DNA of 64,000 bases, taken from Eledone cirrhosa. Taxonomy: Eukaryota. The translations under genes and the position numbers were made by a program. The stretch covers positions 328,600,001 to 328,664,000 of the forward strand of contig OZ024743.1 in assembly GCA_964016885.1 (NCBI GenBank), written 5' to 3'. Numbering within the stretch: position 1 is the stretch's first letter; every line of letters starts with the position of its first letter. Positions 59,190 through 64,000 of the stretch are shown piece by piece. The notes under the pieces are model-generated. The model did not search any database. It saw only the letters and a program-made list of their open reading frames with translations, and was not told where the DNA came from.

Positions 59190-59193
<4 letters not shown>
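58030..59193. repeat. ~600-bp tandem duplication followed by an inverted arm (59018-59193), between (TA)n tracts
   Basis: attacaatt.aaaaattaaaaaa.atatgatcaacac at 58030 and 58632; inverted copy of ~58592-58800. Confidence 0.8.
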
Positions 59194-59240
<47 letters not shown>

Positions 59241-59244
<4 letters not shown>

Positions 59245-59790
59245 ACTAGAAATTGATTGACATATAAATAAACATATGAAACAATCACAGGGGATAATTT
59301 GTAAAAGTTTGTAAGCACACATAGCTATGTTAGGTAACTAAATAAAGTTTAACCAGAACTTCAAAAATAGATACCTTATAAATTGATTAATCTTCCTTGT
59401 ATATATTTCATTAAAGAAATATATTTCACCAATTAATCGATTGGTAAACGACAGTATCCAGATCCTGGATTTTCAACAAGGAAGAGGTCCAAGGTCGTTT
59501 ACCAATCGATTAATTGGTGAAATATATTTCTTTAATGGAATATATACAAGGAAGATTAATCAATTTATAAGGTATCTATTTTTGAACTTCTAGTTAAACT
59601 TTATTTAGTTACCTAACATAGCTATGTGTGCTTACAAACTTTTACAAATTATCCCCTGTGATTGTTTCATATGTTTATTTATATGTCAATCAATTTCTAA
59701 TTGATATAAAATGCTCGGATCTATTCATTAGAATCTTGGAGCATATTTTACGGGTGATATGGCGCATGTCTATCTGGCATGACACCCTTA
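59241..59790 (+). mobile_element. Fold-back pseudo-LTR remnant (arms 59241-59451 / 59495-59707) with the 3' half of an HHR
   Basis: ~210-bp inverted repeat; accaat..attggt-GAAA-tata-TT; GCTC..GAGC hairpin at 59713-59742. Confidence 0.7.
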
Positions 59791-59924
59791 ATTTAATTTA
59801 ATTTAATTTAATTTAATTTAATTTATCTTAATTTTGGATATATATAAATACGGCCCCTTAATTGTAGAGCTAACTCTCTCTCTATATATCTTTGATCATC
59901 TTGAAGAGGTCTTCCTCTTGAACC

Positions 59925-59979
<55 letters not shown>

Positions 59980-60063
59980 CTGAACAAAAAGGAAAAAATC
60001 TTTTTCCTAGAGCTAATTTACTGTAATGAGACTATTTTGAGTTTCTAACTCAATACATGCTTT

Positions 60064-60128
<65 letters not shown>

Positions 60129-60201
60129 AGAGTATTGAAGTTTGCTTGAAGCATTGTGGAATAATAAAGATATTTATATAAAGATATATATATATATATA
60201 T

Positions 60202-60300
60202 AGTAATAATAAGAAATTTGAAGACTAAAATCCAAAGAGGGCTCGATAAGGATAAATATATATCAAATATATATGAACCCTAGAGCAAAAATTTATTAAA
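60202..60300 (-). mobile_element. Solo 3'-terminal tail of the PLE family at 1401-4378
   Basis: Matches 1401-1499; flanked by (TA)n. Confidence 0.8.
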
Positions 60301-60322
60301 TATATTTAATTTATTAAATATA

Positions 60323-60413
<91 letters not shown>

Positions 60414-60599
60414 GCAATGAAAGATATGTGAAGATCGGATTCCAACAACGTTTTTTATTGTATAATACGTATTTCTGAGGTTAATTGATTACGAGATCAG
60501 ACCGGACGTTCCAGCTCCGGCCAGTAACCTTTCCTCGGCTGTGTTCAGTGTGGACGTAGTAGCTGCCCTGAGATCCTTCCCAGGCAGCAGCAGTGGCGG

Positions 60600-61240
60600 A
60601 GTGGTACAGTCGTTATAGCCATCACCAACTGTCTTCTCCGCGCCAACTTGCCCTGCCATGCCCACGATCTTTTCTTCTCACGCAGTCAGACCACCCCGAG
60701 GAAGAATGACGCAGACTCCGCCCCCTCGCAGTGGGCAAAATCTTCCTACGACTTGCAGCCAAGATAGATTGCCAGCTCGGAGTGGGAATCAAGTGCGGAC
60801 GTGAGGTGCAGGTCATGCGGCCAGACATTTCATAGAGTACGTGCCTCCTTCGTCAGCCCATATCCCTGTGAAGCTGGATATGACAAAGGCCTTCAACAAC
60901 GTTGGGCGGGATCCTAGCGACATGTCTCAGACGAGCCCCCTCCATTCACCCTCTAACTCACCTCTCGCACGGAACACCCAGGTTACTCATGGCCGCTGAT
61001 AGCAGGGTTACGTCTTCAGCTACAGGTGTCCAGCAATGATACCCACTCGGCCCACTCCTCTTTACACTGGCAGTCCGGTCGCCCTTCAATGTCTGGTACC
61101 TAGACGACGCGACTCAGCGTGGATCGGCTGAGATAGTAATTGAGGACCTTCGGCTAATCATCCCAGCTCTAAAGCTCCTCGGACTCGAAATCAAGTCATT
61201 CAAATTCGAGGTGATAAACATTAGCTACGGTAAGGCCGGT
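60600..61240 (+). pseudogene. CRE-clade reverse transcriptase remnant
   Basis: RPLAVGKIFLRLAAK, QLGVG, KLDMTKAFNNV, GVQQ*YPLGPLLF, WYLDDAT. Confidence 0.8.
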
Positions 61241-62021
61241 TCCCTCCCCGACATGTCTCCCTCGACGACAGAGAAGGAACCTGGACGCAGCTTCCCATCA
61301 CAACTGGAGACAACAGGCTTCGATTGCAGAAACAACAATCGCCTCAACGGAATTACCAGCGCCCACCATCTTCTCTACTTCCTCCTTCTTTTCTTCTGTG
61401 GCCCAAGAGTCCTTGCTTTGCTCCTCCTTTTACTCTTATTTATAGCTTTTATAGTCCTTTCCTCTACTTTCCACACACAGCCAGATCTGCCTTTCTTTAC
61501 CCCTTCTCCATTTATGTTATTTATACAATTGTAAATGTAACAATGAAATTTCAATTTATTTATTATGGTTATGCCATCTGATGACGTCATCGACTGAATT
61601 GTGCCATAGTCTTGTGACGTAATCAATTAGTCACAGGAATACCCATTATGTAACAACAAAAGAAGTTAATGGTATTCGGCCTTCACATAATATTCTTTGA
61701 GGCATTTAACTCCCTTCCTGTACTACCCAAGAGATTCCACATCTAGGGTGGAAGATACACAGAACGTTGAGTGCTTTTTACTTATTACATTATATTATTT
61801 TGATTGGGAGGACTGGATTACAAACCCTGCTACCAAAATCCTCAGTGTGGCAAAAGAGAGGTATGGCTTCAATCCAATGTGTGTTAGGACCCATTTTTTC
61901 CTGTTCAGTGGGATTATACGCCCCTATATTAGACTATATTATGTAGTCAATTTTAAGGCGACGCTTCTATTTCTCTTTTCAATTCTAAAACTTCTTTCAC
62001 CGCGTTCCAAACATTTCCTTT

Positions 62022-62114
<93 letters not shown>

Positions 62115-62131
62115 TTAAGTGTTTGAGTCTG

Positions 62132-62163
<32 letters not shown>

Positions 62164-62214
62164 CAGTTATGTATGTGCATGTGTATATGTTTCTGTATCT
62201 ATACACGTGTATAT

Positions 62215-62685
62215 GCAACCATTAATGCTAAATTTCTGAAATGTTTTACATATATTTACAGTTCCATTAATTAACTAGCAATTTCTTAACTAGTCGTGTT
62301 CTTTCTGGTTCTGCGAAGACCAGCTTCTCAAGATTTGTACTGAGGCAGTTGCTAACATATCCCAGAGCCCCAATAATCACAGGTACAAATCTAAAGGTAT
62401 AGTCAGGGTGGAGTATCTACAGATTCCTCATTAGTTCAGCAGAAATGTTCTCCTTTTTACTAATCTTTAGAATTATATTGATATTTGCTGGGCAGATGAT
62501 TTGTAACACTGAATGCCTTCTTTCCCACCACTGTGAATGCCTTCTTTCCCACCACTGTACTAGCCTTATTTTCCCTGTCCCATATCACTATGTCTGGTTT
62601 GTTCTGTTTGCATTTTATTGGGGTTTTAACAGGAACATTCCACCAATACTCTTCCATATTGTGTATGTATAGGTCCTCCACGTCA
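62215..62685 (-). pseudogene. R4/Dong-like RLE domain fragment
   Basis: EYWWNVPVKTPIKCKQNKPDIVIWDRE. Confidence 0.8.
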
Positions 62686-62864
62686 CTGTATTATGTATGT
62701 AAGTGTATATGTGTGTATATGTATGTATGTATGTATGGATCGATGGATGGATGTCTGGATGTATGTGTGTGTGTATGTATCTATGTATGATGTAGGTATG
62801 CGTGTATATATGTATGTATGTGTGTATATATGTATGTATATGTGTATGTATGTATGTATGTATG

Positions 62865-62895
<31 letters not shown>

Positions 62896-63399
62896 TTGTA
62901 TGTATGTATCTATGTGTGTGAGTGTGTATGTATGTATAGATATGTATGTGTGTGTGTGTGTGTATATATATATTATTATTATTATTATTATTGTCGTTAT
63001 TATGTTGTTTTTTTCGTGCAATGGCAATACTCGATAACGAGGGAGCAGCCATCATCATGTATGTATGTATGTATGTATGTATGTATGTATGTATGTATGT
63101 ATGTATGTATGTATGTATGTATGTATGTATGTATGTATGTATGTACGTATGTATGTATGTATGTATGTAATTATGTTCTTCTGGTTTTATAATTTCACAA
63201 AGTTTTACCAATAGAGAGAGAGTCGGTTTCTAACATAGACACAAGACTCTCTCATTGGAATTGACACAACATCAACTAGGTAGATATGTATGCATGCATG
63301 TGTAGATATGGATGTTATTGTATGTGTGGATGTGGATGTTTTGAGTTGTATGTGTGCATGTGTTTATGCTCTGTATCTGTACATGTGTATATGCAGTTA

Positions 63400-63999
63400 T
63401 TAGATGCAACATTTTTGGAATGTTTTACATATTTTTACTGTTCCATTAATGGATTGTACTTGTAATTTCCTAACTAGTTGTGTTCTTTCTGTTCCTGTGA
63501 AGCTCGGCTTCTCAAGTTTTGTATTGAGGCAGTTACTAACATATCCCAGTTCCCCAATAATCGCAGGCATAAATCTGAAGGTGTAATCAGGGTGGAGTAT
63601 CTGCAGATTTCTCATCAGTTCTGCATAAATATTCTCCTTTTCGCTAATCTTTGATATTATATTGGCATCTGCTGGGCAGCTAATTTCCACTACTGTGCAT
63701 GTTTTCTTCTCCCTGTCCCATATCATAATATCTGGTCTGTTATGCCTGCATTTTATTGGGGTTTTTACTGGAACATTCCACCAGTACTCTTTCATATTAT
63801 GTACATGGATGTCTTCCACTTTGCTGTAACTTTTAATGTGTTTATTGTCGGGGCTATCTTTTTTACGAACTGCATTGTACAGTGTTTTGGCCACTATATC
63901 ATGCCTCATAGGTAAATAGTACAGCGATGACATATTTGGACAGCTGCTGATGACATGGGTGATATCCTCGATGTTAGTTCTGCAGAGTCTGCACTTGTT
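63400..63999 (-). CDS. C-terminus of an R4/Dong-like non-LTR retrotransposon ORF (CCHC knuckle + restriction-like endonuclease); continues beyond the window. 3' UTR runs to ~63172, then (CATA)n
   Basis: In-frame CRLCRTNIEDITHVISSC, RHD, RPDI..D, E.SCP, K...Y motifs. Confidence 0.85.
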   Translation of the reverse strand, partial: NKCRLCRTNIEDITHVISSCPNMSSLYYLPMRHDIVAKTLYNAVRKKDSPDNKHIKSYSKVEDIHVHNMKEYWWNVPVKTPIKCRHNRPDIMIWDREKKTCTVVEISCPADANIISKISEKENIYAELMRNLQILHPDYTFRFMPAIIGELGYVSNCLNTKLEKPSFTGTERTQLVRKLQVQSINGTVKICKTFQKCCI

Positions 64000-64000
64000 A

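Noticed and set aside
61572-61655. CTGATGA ... GAAT candidate hammerhead
   Set aside because: No GAAA box and no convincing stem I or III.

Overview
Repeat-dominated, AT-rich animal genomic DNA. The repeat content and microsatellite load suggest a cephalopod such as Octopus (inference only). No convincing host protein-coding gene is visible, and most of the supplied ORFs are translations of (TA)n/(CA)n/(CATA)n/(GA)n microsatellites. Real coding remnants are all retroelements: several Penelope-like elements (PLEs, RT + C-terminal GIY-YIG, including one uninterrupted 600-aa ORF and one near full-length frameshifted copy), an RTE-clade RT, R4/Dong-like RLE elements, and CRE and Tx1/L1 fragments. 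There are also tRNA-derived SINEs, non-autonomous Helitrons and MITEs. The main hidden signal is non-coding. About 30 type I hammerhead ribozyme (HHR) motifs or variants were found by eye, 14 of them with a canonical core and stem I. Some sit in PLE pseudo-LTRs. Others sit in short non-coding tandem units (about 325, 351 and 431 bp) that look like non-LTR retrozymes; three sequence-unrelated families share an octamer - ~35-40 bp - palindromic TATA - ~40-55 bp - HHR layout. Many insertions are fold-backs embedded in (TA)n, and their inverted arm repeatedly stops just upstream of a GCTC...GAGC / ACTC...GAGT hairpin. All coordinates were read manually and may be off by a few bases.
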